A stretch of DNA of 64,000 nucleotides from Callorhinchus milii (Eukaryota), in NCBI RefSeq assembly GCF_018977255.1, contig NW_024704743.1:65722001-65786000 (forward strand), given 5' to 3'. Under the pieces are notes generated by a model. The model saw only the letters and a program-made list of their open reading frames with translations. It was not told the origin of the DNA and ran no database searches. Both the position numbers and the translations under genes were made by a program. This document shows positions 12,040 to 24,690 of the stretch, in pieces (the first letter of the stretch is position 1; each line of letters opens with the position of its first letter).

Positions 12040-12590
12040 CAGTCCTGGTGGTGTGCTGAGGTGCCGCCCTCCCAAGGAGATATTAAACTGAGGTCCTGTC
12101 TGCCTCTTCAGGAGGAAGTTGAAAATCCCACTGTACTATTCAAAAGGTGAAGTGAGTTTATAATAATAATAATAATCCTTACATTTGATATAGCACTTTT
12201 CACATTTTCTAGGCATCTCAAAGCTCTTCACAGAATATGCTGTAAAGTGAATTGATTGTATATTTGTGGGCGAAACACGGCAGCGCACAGTAGTGTCCCA
12301 CAAACAGTCATGGATTGAAAACGACCAATTTATTATCGTTTTATTCTGGAGGGATTATTATTAGGCGTGTAGAGTAAGGAAACTTGCCCAAGGTTTTGCC
12401 CTGCCTGGAAGTTTGTCCCAGTGTCCTGACCAACAACCTCCCCAGATGAAAATGTCATTGACTTCATGGGTGTTTGTGGGATATTGCTGTGTGTAAATTG
12501 ATAAATTTCATAGTGAAACACTGACTGTCCAGCACCTTAGGACATCAACCAGACGTGAAAGGTGCTATACAAATGTAATTTTGTTTTGTG
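12040..12590 (+). mobile_element. Deu-domain SINE (family A) split by a family B insertion
   Basis: Deu core 12040-12158 resumes at about 12410 (gtttgtcccagtgtcctgaccaac). Confidence 0.7.
12160..12408 (-). mobile_element. tRNA-SINE family B nested in family A
   Basis: (taa)n tail at left; aaacttgcccaaggttttgccctgcc head segment at right. Confidence 0.85.
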
Positions 12591-13159
12591 GGTGTTGAAT
12601 CTTGTTATTTCAGTGGCAAACTGGAAATCATTGTTAGCCCAATGTTACATTTCCCATCATGTTGAATCTTAATATATGGACTGAAATTCTAGTCATTGTT
12701 ACACGTAGCACCTTTGATGAAGTTTGGGGAAGGCCTGCTGCCATCCAACATTGTCAAAGGCATTACATATAGAACCATAGAAACTTGCAGCACATAAAAA
12801 GACCATTCGGCTCATCGTGTGATTGCTAACTATATAAAACAACAATTCATTCAATCCCATGTATCTGTCTTTCCCCTATATCCCTGTAAATTATTCCCTG
12901 CTAGATATAGATGTCTGCATAATGCCAACCAAAATTTCAGGCCATTAATGAGCAAACATGCACCAAAAAATCAACTTAGTCTGGTCTGCTATATAATGCA
13001 GACTTACAAATCCTCATCAATCGAATCTGAAGCAAACCAGAGGTGCCCCAGTATCATGCTGTTGTAATATAGGACCTGCATTTCCTACCAGTGAAAAATA
13101 TGTCTATCACCATCTGTTGTGAAGTTATTTTATTGCGTGGAAGATTGATTTCAGTGATG

Positions 13160-13275
13160 TGTGGTTTGTGTACTCACCCCTCTGACCTCTGCTCCTCACC
13201 CTGGATTCCTGCCAATCATTTAGTTGAAACCCTAAGGCGAGGACCAGAGTTCACTGAAGAAGTACACAAACCACA
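13160..13275. repeat. Foldback inverted repeat (116 bp)
   Basis: Perfect 15-bp outer arms TGTGGTTTGTGTACT / AGTACACAAACCACA plus inner pairing tgacctctgctcctcacc / ggcgaggaccagagttca. Confidence 0.85.
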
Positions 13276-15197
13276 TGTTATTGCAGTAAAGCCACAGCAA
13301 AAATGTGCAACAACATTAAAAATGAAATAATTTCTTCATAGAAATGTTGGTATTTTCTCCCATCCCAAGTAGACTAGTAAGTGAATTGACTGTACATTTT
13401 GTGAGCGAAACGTGGCAGCCAATTGCACACAGCAGTGTCCCGCAAACAGTTATGGATTGAGTGAGCAAATGATTAATTTCCAAAAACAAATTTGAAGTGA
13501 TTATTACTCCCAGAAAAGCGATCCACCAATCGACTAACAATCGGGATGTAAAGTAAAGTTACTATAAAGTGACTGTATTTTGAGGCAATTCAGTGACAAA
13601 TTTGCATGCAATGATGTTGTGCAAACAGCCATGAAGTGAGTGACCAATTTTAATTGGAGGATTGTTTGGCTGGACACTAGGAAAACCCCCCTTTTTTTTT
13701 GACTAGTGCCATAGTATTTTGCTTATATTATATTGTAAGCAAGCTAATGTCGTATTTCAGAGGGTCCAAAATTTTTCAAATTGTTAACTACAGTCTTTAA
13801 TTTTGAAGCTGGTTTTCTGGAAGTTCTTCAAAAGCGTAAAAGTTGAAAGTGAATTCAACAATTTGCCAAATTCTGCACACTCTGAAACACTAGAATAAAT
13901 CTACAACCAGGTGGAATTGTACCCAGACATGCCACTGTCATGCTTTCATTCATACTGAAGCTTGAGTAAAACATTGGCTTCATGTCTATAATAACAATGA
14001 TTCTTACATTTGGTGTAGTGCGCAGTGGCTTTCACATTGGATGAATATCTCAAAGCACTTCATAGGATACACTAAAGTGGAGTGATGATGTGTTTTGTGG
14101 GCAAATAAGTGATTGGTATAGATAGATATATCACTTGTCTACTATATTTTTAACACAGTGACATTGTTGTCTAATTTGGGTTGTACGTTTGCTAATTGAG
14201 CTTTTCGTGTCTGGAGAATAGCGGGTCACTTAGGTTAACCTCTTGACAAACTTCAAATTTTTATGTGCCTACAATGATGACTTTGCCATATGTCCCCAAT
14301 AGGATTATGCAATGTTTCAGATTAATCTTTCTGTAAAAAAAATGTCCTGCTGTCTTCCTTCAGATCATTGAAATATCTCAACATTTTGGTTCCTGACAGG
14401 GATTTGATTTCCTTTTTAAAGTCCAACTCTTAATGTTATTTTTCCCAAAGAATTTTAATTCTGAACTAAAGAACCTAGAATTCAAATCAAGCATATACTA
14501 ATCCTCCATAAACTATTTTACAGCCTTTTATCTCATGCTTTGACATGTGACGTTCTTCATCTGCAGACATTAACTAATTTTGTTATTATGTTTTCAGTAC
14601 TTTGCATACCATATGCATGACAGATAACAAGATTATATCCATTATTTGTTCTTAGTAATTATAATTATGCCCTTAGGCTATCCATCAATTGTACTTTAAA
14701 CTCCAGTCAGGTTTTATTCATATATCCCAAATACACTCCATATCACTCTATTCCATGCAATAACCTGTCTTATTTATTGACCTAGGGAGAAGTCTGAAAA
14801 GTCAGAATTCTGTGACATAACTTTCAATAGCGATCTCCTTCAACATCACCAACAACACAACTCTTTACATTATATAGCGGCGTTCACATTGGGAGGATGT
14901 CTCAAAGTGCTTCAGGTGACTGGGAGCCTGAGCTGGTTTGGGGGTTGGTGGTGGGGGGGAGTCGATTCAGTCGCAAAGGTAAACGTCAAGTGTTTAATAC
15001 ATTGAACTCCCCCAAATATTTTTTTGAAATTTATCTTAAAGATATTTACTCTTTCTTAATATTATTATTATTGTTGTTATTATTATTATTATTATTTTTC
15101 ACTCATGTTAAAAGAAGCAGGAGCAAAAGGACCAAAATTCCCTTCAAAGAGGAGTTCACATTGTGAATTGCAGCAACCTGTTTATTGGTGTCTATTA

Positions 15198-15560
15198 TAA
15201 TAATAATCCTTGCATTTGATATAACGCCTTATTACATTTTCAATACGTCTCAAAGCTCTTTACAGAATATACTTTAAAGTGAATTGATTGTATATTTTGT
15301 GGGTGAAATGCGGCAGCCAATTGCTCACAGCAGAGTCGTGGATTGAATCACTAAATTATTATTTTTATTTTTGTTTGAAGGGATTATTACCCCTGGCACA
15401 GCGATCTGCTAATTGACTAACAACCGGGTTCCTACTTACTGCTGGGTAAACAGAAGTGTGTGGAGTAAGAAACTTGCCGAAGGTTTCCCCCTGCCAGGAA
15501 TCAAACCCAGATCCTCTTGTTTGTGAGGCGAGTGCTCTAACCACTAATCTACAGGACTCC
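15198..15560 (-). mobile_element. tRNA-SINE family B, full length
   Basis: Minus strand head ggagtcctgtagattagtggttagagcactcgcc...ggtttgattcc (A/B boxes), central ttcggcaagtttcttactccacac...cagcagtaagtaggaacccggttgttagtc, L2-type tail. Confidence 0.9.
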
Positions 15561-15732
15561 ACAATATGCAGCAATTTTAATAGGAATAGTAAATTGTGAC
15601 TAGTTCTGGTAACCAGGGATATGTAACGCCTATCCATTGGAACTCTCCTCCAATGGGTTCTACTTACAGAACAGAGTTCCTGCAGGTCAGTGGGAAGCAC
15701 ATCATTTATAATAATGGGTTGAATATCTGCTC

Positions 15733-16156
15733 CAGTAAAACTTGCATAAGTCATATCAGTTGGGACCGTACCACTTAATATGGCTTACACGAGGTATGAG
15801 TTACAGGCAAACTCACATAAATCAGATCATATATGACTTAATCAATAATCTACACTGCGCATTCGTACTTCAATGCATGCATTGATGGGTCAAGACTTCA
15901 TTTCCCGTGATTCAATGCAACCGTTAAGTGTGGTAGTAATGTTACGAGTTAGGAGATAATTTGCAATGGATTTAGGATGTACAGTAATTGCGACCAAGAA
16001 ACTGCTACGATTTAGCTGTTTATCCGATTTATAAAATACAACTAGTGCAACGAAATCTAAGCGCTTGTTTTGTAGGAGACTGAATGAGACTCGGATGCAT
16101 GAACAACTTAGGCGATTACATGATTTATAAAGAGAAGACTTATACAAGTTTTATTG
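15733..16156. mobile_element. Tc1/mariner pogo/Tigger-type MITE
   Basis: 20-bp TIRs CAGTAAAACTTGCATAAGTC / GACTTATACAAGTTTTATTG (18/20), TA on right flank (TC on left). Confidence 0.7.
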
Positions 16157-17584
16157 TATATGGCAAAAAAAACGTTTTAAGTTCGGGAATTTTACTTTAT
16201 TTTTTGTCCTAGTGCCTTTGGAAAGTCTGCACTGGGCAGCAAATAATTAAAAATTTACAATCTGCCTCTGGCAGCAATGTGTCTGTTGCAGTTGGAGATG
16301 GCGTGGTCTGCAATGCTCTGTTTAAGTACGACTTGAAGCCTCTGGAGATAGCAATGCTGCCTCATTTACTCTAGAATATGGTCTCTGCTGAAGTTGGGTT
16401 TGCTATTGGTGACACTGCTGTGAAGTAAATGCAATATTATAATGCATTGTATACATTCTGGTTCAATTTCTCATAAGTTTATCAGAGATGAAGGGAAAAT
16501 TATTTTTCAAAGCAATAGACATTTTTTTGTAATCTGTTAAAGAAAATTATTTCCATTCTCTTTTCTAGCTAATTTAAAGTCTGCAGTAGCCACCAAGCTG
16601 AAGCCAAATACAGGACAAACACTCCACATATATGCACATACGGATGTAGGGTCATCTATGATATTTCTGGCTTAAGCAAGAGCTTGTCCAACCACAGTAG
16701 AAAGATTGAGTGCTTTGGCCTGTCATGTCAAAGCAGTTAATTGTACATCAGAAAGGAAGACCTCAATTTACTGTGGGTGGTCAAATAGAGAATACAATAC
16801 ATCACCTAGAAAGAGGCACACATTCTGAGGAGAGTTTTGTGAATAAATCCTACTATGTTTATTTAGACATCCCAATGAAAGTTTGGATGTATCGAATGCC
16901 AGCTTAGTTACATCTTTGGGAGCAGTGGAATGGCAGACCATGTTTTGAACCTGAATCTTTGTGAACTGCAAATGAGAGTTAAGAGAGAAATTAGAAAAAT
17001 CCATCAATATGAAGGAATACGTCATCCATGGTAAAAGTTATTTATAGCTATTCACAAACCACCTCGGCAAGCTGTTCACTGTCTCAAAGCCCTTGGTCAG
17101 AGATGGTTGTCCTGGAAGAACCATATAATGGGAGAAGCCTGGGAAACTGGCAAACGTGTGAATGAGTGGCTGAGAGCACCACTGATTACCTGCACAAATT
17201 GAATATCCACAACAGCAGGAGGAGGGCCTGATGGGTATAAAATATGTTCCTACCTATGGGAATGCCATGTCTGGAGAGGAGCAGTTTAAAGATACACTTC
17301 CAAACATCCAGTGCCTCTAATGTGTTGCAGTTCACCTTTGTGAGTTTGGCTAAGATTAAAGATGATTGTTTAACCTGCATATTTTGGATGGAATCGGTTT
17401 CTATATCCGTGACAACAGTGTGCCTGCAACAACATTTCCGATAACAACAAAGGCTTGTAGTTGTAAAGCGCTCTTCACTCAGGGTAGCATCTCGAAGCTT
17501 TGAAGAATTTACAAATCATTTGGAAATCTCACAAAGTTGGCCCTGATGTGAAAGGTTGAGGAGGTAACAGTTTGGCTGATTGGT

Positions 17585-17995
17585 AACCGGCTCAATGATG
17601 GGACAGTCATTTGTGGATTTGTCTATTCAGAAGTCGAGCTCATGATCTACTCTGGCCTCCACTAATACAGTACTGAGGAGCATTATGTTAATTTGAAACA
17701 TTGTCCTTCAGATGAAACAATAAGCTAAGATCCCATCTGTATTTTCAGTGATTCAAGTGGATGTTAAAGATCCCATGGGTCTGTTTTGAAGAAAAGCAGG
17801 AAATTCTACTGGTGTCTTGACCAATATTGTTCTCAGATTTATTCGTCTCATTGCTGTTTGTAGGACATTATTGGTGCAGATTAACTGTTACATTTTGCCT
17901 TTATAATAAGTCATGACACTTCAAAGTAGCTATTTGTGTGAAGTGCTTTGAGACATTTTGGCATATAAGGCAACATATGAAATGCAAGTATTCAT
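17585..17995 (+). mobile_element. Deu-domain SINE, old copy
   Basis: ggctcaatg head, cttcagatgaaac, gtggatgttaaagatcccatgg core, tail. Confidence 0.75.
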
Positions 17996-18243
17996 TATTT
18001 TATTATGATTGTGAACAGAGGAAGGGCAATGGAGAAAAGGCAAGAAAATGAAATGAAAATAACTGTCAAGATTGAATAAACTCACAGAGCAGGCTAGACA
18101 GGCTGAAAGTCCTTCTGTTTCTGTGTTCCTATGCTTCCCTGTTCTGAAGGCAGAGAGATTTAATTGATGATATTACATGGCTGTGCAAAGCTGACACTAC
18201 ACATGTGTTTGTTCAACATGGTTTTCACTTTGCTAATACATTT

Positions 18244-18645
18244 TGGCTCAATTGGTAGCACTCTCGCCTCTGAGTCAAAGGTTTGTGGGTTCAAGCTCAA
18301 CTCAAGACTTTGAGCTCGTAGAGTAGGACTGACACTCCAGTGGGGTGATCTGCATTGTTTGAGGTGCTGACCTTTGGATGAGACTGAGTTTTGTATGCCT
18401 ATTCAAATGGAGAATGATCACATGGAACTATTTGAGAAGGGAATTTCTCTCAGTAGCCTGATATATTTTTAGATCCACCAAAATGAATTGTTCATTCACC
18501 TTCCGATGGTTGTTGGTCTTTGCTATCCACAGATTGGCCTCTGTGTTTGCCTACAAATACAGCCACTTAACAATAATTACGGTAAAGTTCTCTCTGATGT
18601 TTTAACATTGTAGGCACTATATCAAGTGCTATGATTATTATTTTG
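18244..18645 (+). mobile_element. Deu-domain SINE (family A), near full length
   Basis: A-box tggctcaattgg, B-box ggttcaagctc, Deu core, tail. Confidence 0.8.
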
Positions 18646-18859
18646 GTATTGAAATTAAAGAAGGAAAAAAAGGCGCAAAATGATTAGCTTATCATCATCA
18701 TTATAATAATCCTTACATTTGGTATAGCACCTTTCATATCAGGAAGACATTTCTAAAAGCTCTTCACAGGATAAATTGTAAAGTGTAATGACTGTGCATC
18801 TTGTAATTTTGCAACTACGAAAAAGCAACAATACTAGGAAAAAGATGGAAAATTGTACT

Positions 18860-19070
18860 TCAACAAGAACAACAGCAACTTCCATTTATATAGTGCCCTA
18901 CTCATAAGAAAACATCTTGGAGTGTTGTACAATTATACGGTTGAACACCAAGCGAGTGACAATTGGAAGGTGACACCAGTCTGCAGATGAAAGCTAAGTA
19001 TTCAGATGGAATTTAAAGATAGATAAAGGAGAGAGGCAGAGGGGTTGAAGCAGGGAGTTCTAGAGAGTAC
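18860..19070 (-). mobile_element. Old L2 3' end
   Basis: (aac)n-acttccatttatatagtgcc tail followed by decayed 3' region. Confidence 0.55.
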
Positions 19071-19924
19071 AATTTTTGAACTGTTAAAATATATTTACCT
19101 GTACTTGAAATGCTGATTTCTAGTTAGTTTTTTCAATTGGGATGAAAAGATATGGTGAATGACCCTGGTCAATTTGTGGCTGTGATTGTGGCCCCTGTCT
19201 CACATCATTATAATAATAATAATAATTCTTACATTTGATATAGCGCCATATCACGCCTTCAAGATGTCTCAAAGCGTTTCACAGAATACACTGTAAAGTC
19301 ATTTGACTGTAATATTTTGTGGGTGAGATGGCAATGGTCAGGCTTGTAGCTGCCAGCGGGTATCATTGAACTTGATGGTTGTGGAGTGCAGCACTCAAGT
19401 CCTGGTTCCTGGGAAAAAAGCACAGAGTTAAGTTGGGATCTTGGGAAATGGTACTCAAATGGGCTCAACTACTCAATCAAGTGGAGAAAGATCACAGCTG
19501 CTGCCAGATATCAACTTGGGGGGGATTTCCTCTTTGGCATGTCACAATTTGTATCCAATAATAACAACAATTTATGTTTATATACGCATTATACATCGGT
19601 ATTGGGAGCCAAATCTCATATAATCTCCAATAAAAGTAGTCATTAATTTCATGGCTGTTTGTGGGTCATTGCTGTGTGCAAATCAGCTGCCTCATTCACC
19701 CACAAAAACACACTGTCATTGCACTTTACAGTATATTCTGTGAAATAATTTGGGCCATTCTCCAAATGTGAAAGGCGCTGTATCAAATGTAAGGATTGTT
19801 ATTTTATTATTATTTCCAGCATTCCCTAATTTTATATCTTTGGCTATTTTAATATCAAAGCCTTAGAGTGAGTATCTTGTCTTTGATTTTATAAGGGTCT
19901 ATTAATGCATAATTGATAAGATTT

Positions 19925-20210
19925 TGTGGGGTCAGCTAGGTATGTGGAAACCCTTCACCATGCTTAAGGCTATCCAAACCAGACTGAGAATTCCACATAT
20001 TTATGCCACCTACACATGGAAATGTACCTGTGTCTGGAATGGATGCATCCTGCTTACCAAACTGCAGAAAGTTAGGTGAACTGGTGTGAGCCATGTCTTG
20101 GGGAAGCCTAGAGTGTGAGCTGGTGTATGGCTGGAGTTTAACCAGCTAAAAACACATAGCTTGCCATTGAAATCACTGTCTGGCAAGCCTCTCACTGCTT
20201 GTCCAGCTAG
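19925..20210 (-). mobile_element. Unclassified repeat family X, 3' half
   Basis: tatgtggaaaccc...gcttaaggctatccaaaccagactgagaattcca...ctggagtttaaccagctaaa...gcttgtccagct matches 27130-27435. Confidence 0.8.
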
Positions 20211-20546
20211 AAAAATCTTACAAGTATCTATAAGATTCTTTAATTTAGTAAACATTCATACCTAAGTGCATTACCAATGATCGACCAGCAGGGGTCACTC
20301 ATGTATCAAGCTCAGGACTTTGTACAGGGGCAGATTTCCAAACAGCAGATTCAACCATGCAAATTTAAAAAAAATCCTTGAATATTTTATAAAGCTAATA
20401 TTTATAAAACAACATGATCACTTTGGCCTTATTAAACTCAGTTAGCTTGGCTACAATAAAACTTAAAAAGATTCTTACATTTGCAAAAGAAGTATTCTCC
20501 ATAGTCTGTGTCCTTTAAAGCCCCTCAGCTATAGTTTGGAGTATTT

Positions 20547-20831
20547 AATAATGATAAAAATCCTTACATTTGATACAGCGCTTTTCACGTTTCGAGATGT
20601 CTCAGAGTGCTTCACAGAATATAATTTAAGTAAATTGACTGTATATTTTGTGGCCAAAATGCGGCAGCCAATTGCGCACGATTGAGTGACTGAATTATTA
20701 TTTTTTTTCTTAAGGGATCATTATCAGGCGTGTGGAGTAAGAAAACTTGCCCAAGGTTTCGCCCTGCCGGGAATCAAACCCAGGTCTCTCACTTGCGATG
20801 CGAGTGCTCTAACCACTGAGCTACAGGACTC
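20547..20831 (-). mobile_element. tRNA-SINE family B, with internal deletion
   Basis: Head gagtcctgtagctcagtggttagagcactcgc...gggtttgattccc on minus strand; tail at left. Confidence 0.9.
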
Positions 20832-21114
20832 ATAATAACTTTAAGAGACTAATTTTTGCTAAGAGGTGGCTATGAAAAACCATTGTTACTTTCGCTTCGG
20901 TTACTGGTAATCATTGAGACAGTCCAATTCTGTAGCTACAATTTTTGCCCAGTTGAGGCCAATACTCAGTCATTTCTCTTAAATAAGAGACAGGGACTCT
21001 TAAATAAGTCAAACATGTCATACAGACCTGCGGGGACTGCTCTGAAAGCAGATCACTTTGGAGCAGAGTTCCCCATATATTGTCCCACACCAACCTCCTA
21101 TAACCACTCAACCG

Positions 21115-21460
21115 GTGGCTCAACTCACTCCCCATCCCCTAGTTGATCAAACTCAAGTTTCTCATCTTCTGTTTCAATGCTTTTCCCCCACCCAACCTCT
21201 GCAATTTCCTGCACCCTACTACCCCAACCATTTCCTCCACTCAGAAAACACTGTGCTGCTTCATGTCCCCCCACACAACTCCTCTCTCCCTGGCTCCTTT
21301 TCGCCATACTTGGGTGAGCCTTCCCGCATTTCTGCCTCCACCTTCTGGAAGTTCATTCTGGAATCCCGTCACGTCTTACCCCATCTCTCCCTATCTTCAA
21401 TACCTGCCCCAGACCAAACTCTTTGACAATGCATTTGCTACCTTTCCTCTCCCATCCTCA
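21115..21460 (+). mobile_element. Old L2 3' fragment
   Basis: Pyrimidine-rich decayed L2 ORF2 end (KLKFLIFCFNAF; attctggaatccc). Confidence 0.5.
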
Positions 21461-21660
21461 GTTACTTTACGAAGAGTAATCTTTGCACTCACTGCAATTC
21501 TGTGACTGCAAATACGGAGACATGTACAGAAGCAATGAGATCTCAGATCGTAGATGTAATACTTTTTTTTAAAAAGAGTCTTTACTTTTAATCTTCCAGC
21601 TCAAACCCACAGTGTTTGGAATCCTAACTGAATTATTTCCCCTCCCTAACTGTGGGAATA

Positions 21661-22029
21661 ATCCTGTAACATATTGGTCAGAACACTCGCCTCTCAAGTG
21701 AGAGGACCTGGGCAAAACATTTGGTAAGTTTCCTTGCTCGACACACCTCTATTTTCCTAGCAGTAAGTAGGAACCTGGTTGTTAGTTGATTAGCGGATCG
21801 CTTTTCGGGGGGTAATAATCTCTTCAAAAATAAAAATAAATAAAAAATAAATAATAATTGGGTGACTCAATCCACGACTGTTTGTTGGACGCTGCTGTGT
21901 GCAACCTGCTGCCACGTTTTACCCACAAAATATACAGTCAATTCACTTTACAGTACATTCTGCAAAGTGCTTTGAGAAGCCTCGAAGACGTGATAAGCTC
22001 TATATCAAATGCAAGGATTATTATTATTA
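21661..22029 (+). mobile_element. tRNA-SINE family B, near full length
   Basis: Head, central domain ctagcagtaagtaggaacctggttgttagt, distal Deu-like segment and (att)n tail. Confidence 0.9.
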
Positions 22030-23254
22030 CCTATTGCCTCCCTCCACCGTTCAATTTAGGCTCCCAGTAAGGTGCTTGAAATGCTTTGTTATGTCTTCAT
22101 GACATGAAAAGAGCTATGTAAATGTTGTATCGGCAGGACGTAATTCCAGTTTTTTTATTAACGAATCTTGTTAGAAATCTTCCCATATTGGACCTGATTA
22201 ACATCACTGGTACTCAATCCAATGTAACAAACAAGATCGTCCCTTACCACAGTGTAGTATTATATGTTCATAATCCCCGGCATAGTTGAATAATACATCA
22301 GTAGTCTTTTGTCTGGCCAGTTCCATGGTTATGACCTCTTTTCCTCACTAGACTGGGGAACAATTACAAGTTTTTTTTTAAGAACTTGAAAAACAGCTTC
22401 TAAGTCAAGACTGAGTTTACAAATTTTCCACAAACCGTTGCTATCTTAAAGACAAATTTGTTTTATGGGTTCAAACTGAATGGAATTTGGGGTTTCAGAT
22501 GTGATTTAAAAAAAAGCTTCAAGCAGTTTTTGATTCATTACATTTTTTAAAAAAAAACCTGTTTTATTTATTTAGAAGAATTGTGGCAGCTCATTATAAT
22601 TCACTGTTCTTGCCTTCAATATGTGTTGCTGAGTTACGAGTATCTCACCAAAACTTGGTGTTACATTGGTCATGGGGCTACTTTCATAATGGAAAGAATT
22701 TGCCACATATTTGCATTTGGAAGCAATTGCAATGCTACTCAAATAATAGTGCTCTCCGCATTGTAACAGCTGGATCACTCACTCCAGAATTCAGAGGTCA
22801 CAGGTTCGAGTCTCACAGCAGCCAGTCAACCTCAATTGTAGAATGAGACGATCGCGCTTCACTTCAGCCGCTGTACAATTGCTTTTGATAGCAATAAACT
22901 TTGTCCCACAGGACAAGAACATTCCTCTTCCATCTTCTGTTCAGCAATCACAGCATGGTTTTAGTATTGTATTCAAATGCTTGTAAGCTGTGTAACCACA
23001 GCTTATTTTTATATATAGCACCTTATCATGCTGAACAGCTAAAGTTAATTTACAAGTAACTGTTGCACGAATGCATATATTAGTTTTTGTAAGCAAAAGT
23101 AACAAATGTAATAATCCTTACGCTTACTGTAGCGACTATGTCCTTTGTAGGTGAATGTGGTAACCAATTTGCACACCACAATGTCTCACAAACAGCTATG
23201 AAGTGAATCAACCAATTAATCAGGGGGAAGTTGGTGAGAACGTACAAAGGGCCT

Positions 23255-23570
23255 GATGGGCTGACCCTCCAATGCAGCGCTGGGGGAGTGTTGAATTGAC
23301 AGAGATTAGGTCTTTCAGATGAGGCATTACATTGAAATTCTGTATGCTTGTTCTGATGGACATCTAAAGAGAATGGAGTGCCTCCCGGTGTCTTGGTTAA
23401 CAAGCCGCTGGATCAAAATACAGTCTTTTAATTAATTTCTGTTTGATGGCTGTGCACAATTTTGCTGCCTATGAAAATGCAATCACTACCCTTTACAATA
23501 AATCCTGTGAAGCGATGAGACATTTTGACACTGGAATAAGGTGCTGTATCAAATGCAAGGATTATTATCT
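23255..23570 (+). mobile_element. Deu-domain SINE (family A), decayed
   Basis: ggctgaccctccaatgcag, tttcagatgagg, cccggtgtcttgg, tail atcaaatgcaaggattatta. Confidence 0.65.
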
Positions 23571-23949
23571 TACCAGAAAAGTTCTCGTACTGCTTTGTAA
23601 CCAGTGAGGCTAGGATGTGAGTTTACACTTGAGAATCCTTACCCTGGGGTCATTCTCTCCAACAGGTCATCGGTGGAGGCATCACATGGACCTTAGATAC
23701 TTTTACACAGATTGGGAGGAAGTTAGTTGTCCTTATGACATTCTCTTGCAAAGTCTAGTGTCTGGTCTCAGAATAACATTGACAGACATCTTAAGAGCAC
23801 TTTATCTGCCCACCTCTTTGCAATCCAGAGTGAGTGTATACAGTACTTTGAAAATGTTGATTTAAAAATAAGTCATTAATAACATGCTAAGCCTGCATAA
23901 CATTATATTTAAAAAACAACAGAATAGTGCAAAAGAGTAGCACATAAAA

Positions 23950-24690
23950 ACACAAGATTATACAAGAACAGAGACCATTATGGTCCATCTGGTCAGTTCC
24001 AGTTCCCAACCTCAATCGATTTCTTTGATGAACAGCGGTTCACAGGATTACAAGAGAGAAGTGAATGAATGACCCTTTGGCCCATTCGACGTCAGCTTTC
24101 TAGCTTAGCCATTCTGCTGTCTTGCTATCACAGCATCTAGATGTTTGTTAACTAATTCCAATGGCCTGGCTCAGCCACCTTTCCTGAGAACCTGTCCCTC
24201 TTAATAAAGAAATTAAAATACAGACCCAGTTCAAAATGTACTTCTTTGACCGTGCATTCGGTCATCTTTCCTGTCCCACCCCTTCTTGATATCTGTTCTA
24301 AAATATCCTCTCACAATCCTTAACCTGTGTTCTCTTTTTCTACTGCCTTAGCATATCTGAGAATATTGTTCTTGGTGTACCGTCTCACTCCTATTCAGCA
24401 ACTTGCATACCTTTATAAGGTGTCCTTTGAGACCTCTGTTTTCAAGACTGAAGAGTCTTTCTTCTTATTTAGTCTTTTCTCATAGCTCATACCTCCAACA
24501 CCAGGCGATTCTTGGTGTTCTATTCTGGATTGCATTTGAAAGCCTGGGCAGCACACATATTTGCTGAAACCAGAAATGTATGCAGTACTTCAGGTATGCC
24601 TGTTGAAAGGACCGCATAGCTTCAACAAGACTTCAGGGTATCTGAACTCAGCTGAACAGATAGAATAAGGAATGGCTATGTTAGGTACAG
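23950..24690 (-). mobile_element. Old CR1 3' region
   Basis: Decayed minus-strand CR1 ORF2 end (cctctgttttcaagactgaagag, ctcatagctcatacc, ccagaaatgtatgcagtacttcagg). Confidence 0.6.

Noticed and set aside
20282..20298. CTCF motif ccagcaggggtcac
   Set aside because: It has a mismatch in the core and appears to be a fragment of an old SINE.
20765..20831. tRNA genes (also near 15500-15560, 18244-18300, 30027-30075)
   Set aside because: The A/B boxes continue directly into SINE bodies, with no complete cloverleaf or terminator.
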